Below, piece after piece: positions 63,869-64,000 of a stretch of DNA of 64,000 nucleotides. Source of the DNA: a phage; NCBI GenBank assembly GCA_014685065.1, contig GCA_014685065.1_3930.1. One strand, given 5' to 3'. The notes below the pieces were generated by a model. It made no database searches. It saw only the letters and a list, made by a program, of their open reading frames with translations, and was not told the DNA's origin. Position 1 is the stretch's first letter; the number at the start of each line of letters is the position of its first letter. The position numbers and the translations under genes were made by a program.

Positions 63869-64000
63869 AGAAGTAGTGCAAAGAGCAATGCTTGACAACT
63901 CAACTAAAGATGAGATGTACAAAGAGATTTGTGATAAGTTGAATTGCTCAAGACATGCTGCTAAGGTTCTTGTACATTGTTTTATCTGGGAATGCTCAGA
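63858..64000 (+). CDS. hypothetical protein (5' partial, runs off window end)
   Basis: ATG at 63858 (MKIKEVVQRAMLDN...), open to the end of the window. Confidence 0.35.
   Translation, partial: MKIKEVVQRAMLDNSTKDEMYKEICDKLNCSRHAAKVLVHCFIWECS

Overview
This window looks like a segment of a large virulent tailed-phage genome (about 38-40% GC by eye) with a mosaic gene set. It carries T4-like nucleotide-metabolism genes (nrdD, nrdA, nrdB, a CPQC redoxin, dNMP kinase, DHFR, thymidylate synthase), a T7-like replisome (family A DNA polymerase, gp4-like primase-helicase, gp2.5-like SSB, gp6-like exonuclease, ATP-dependent ligase), a lambda-like head module (terminase, portal, S49 protease/scaffold, D-like and E-like capsid proteins) and a contractile-tail/baseplate/tail-fiber module. 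The most unusual region is a minus-strand tRNA array at about 49.7-55.2 kb of roughly 27 tRNA genes, with an embedded HNH endonuclease gene, two embedded protein genes, tRNA-like fragments and several families of structured repeats. It appears to be driven by a sigma70-like promoter at 55343-55371 and closed by a hairpin plus T-run near 49635-49694. Adjacent to it is a vWA-domain protein and a small AT-hook protein. A second notable feature is a duplicated structured leader module (conserved hairpin, G/T-only tracts, covarying second hairpin) upstream of two plus-strand operons. All calls come from reading the sequence and the supplied ORF translations; no searches or folding programs were run, and tRNA boundaries and anticodons are hand-folded estimates (about +/-3 nt).
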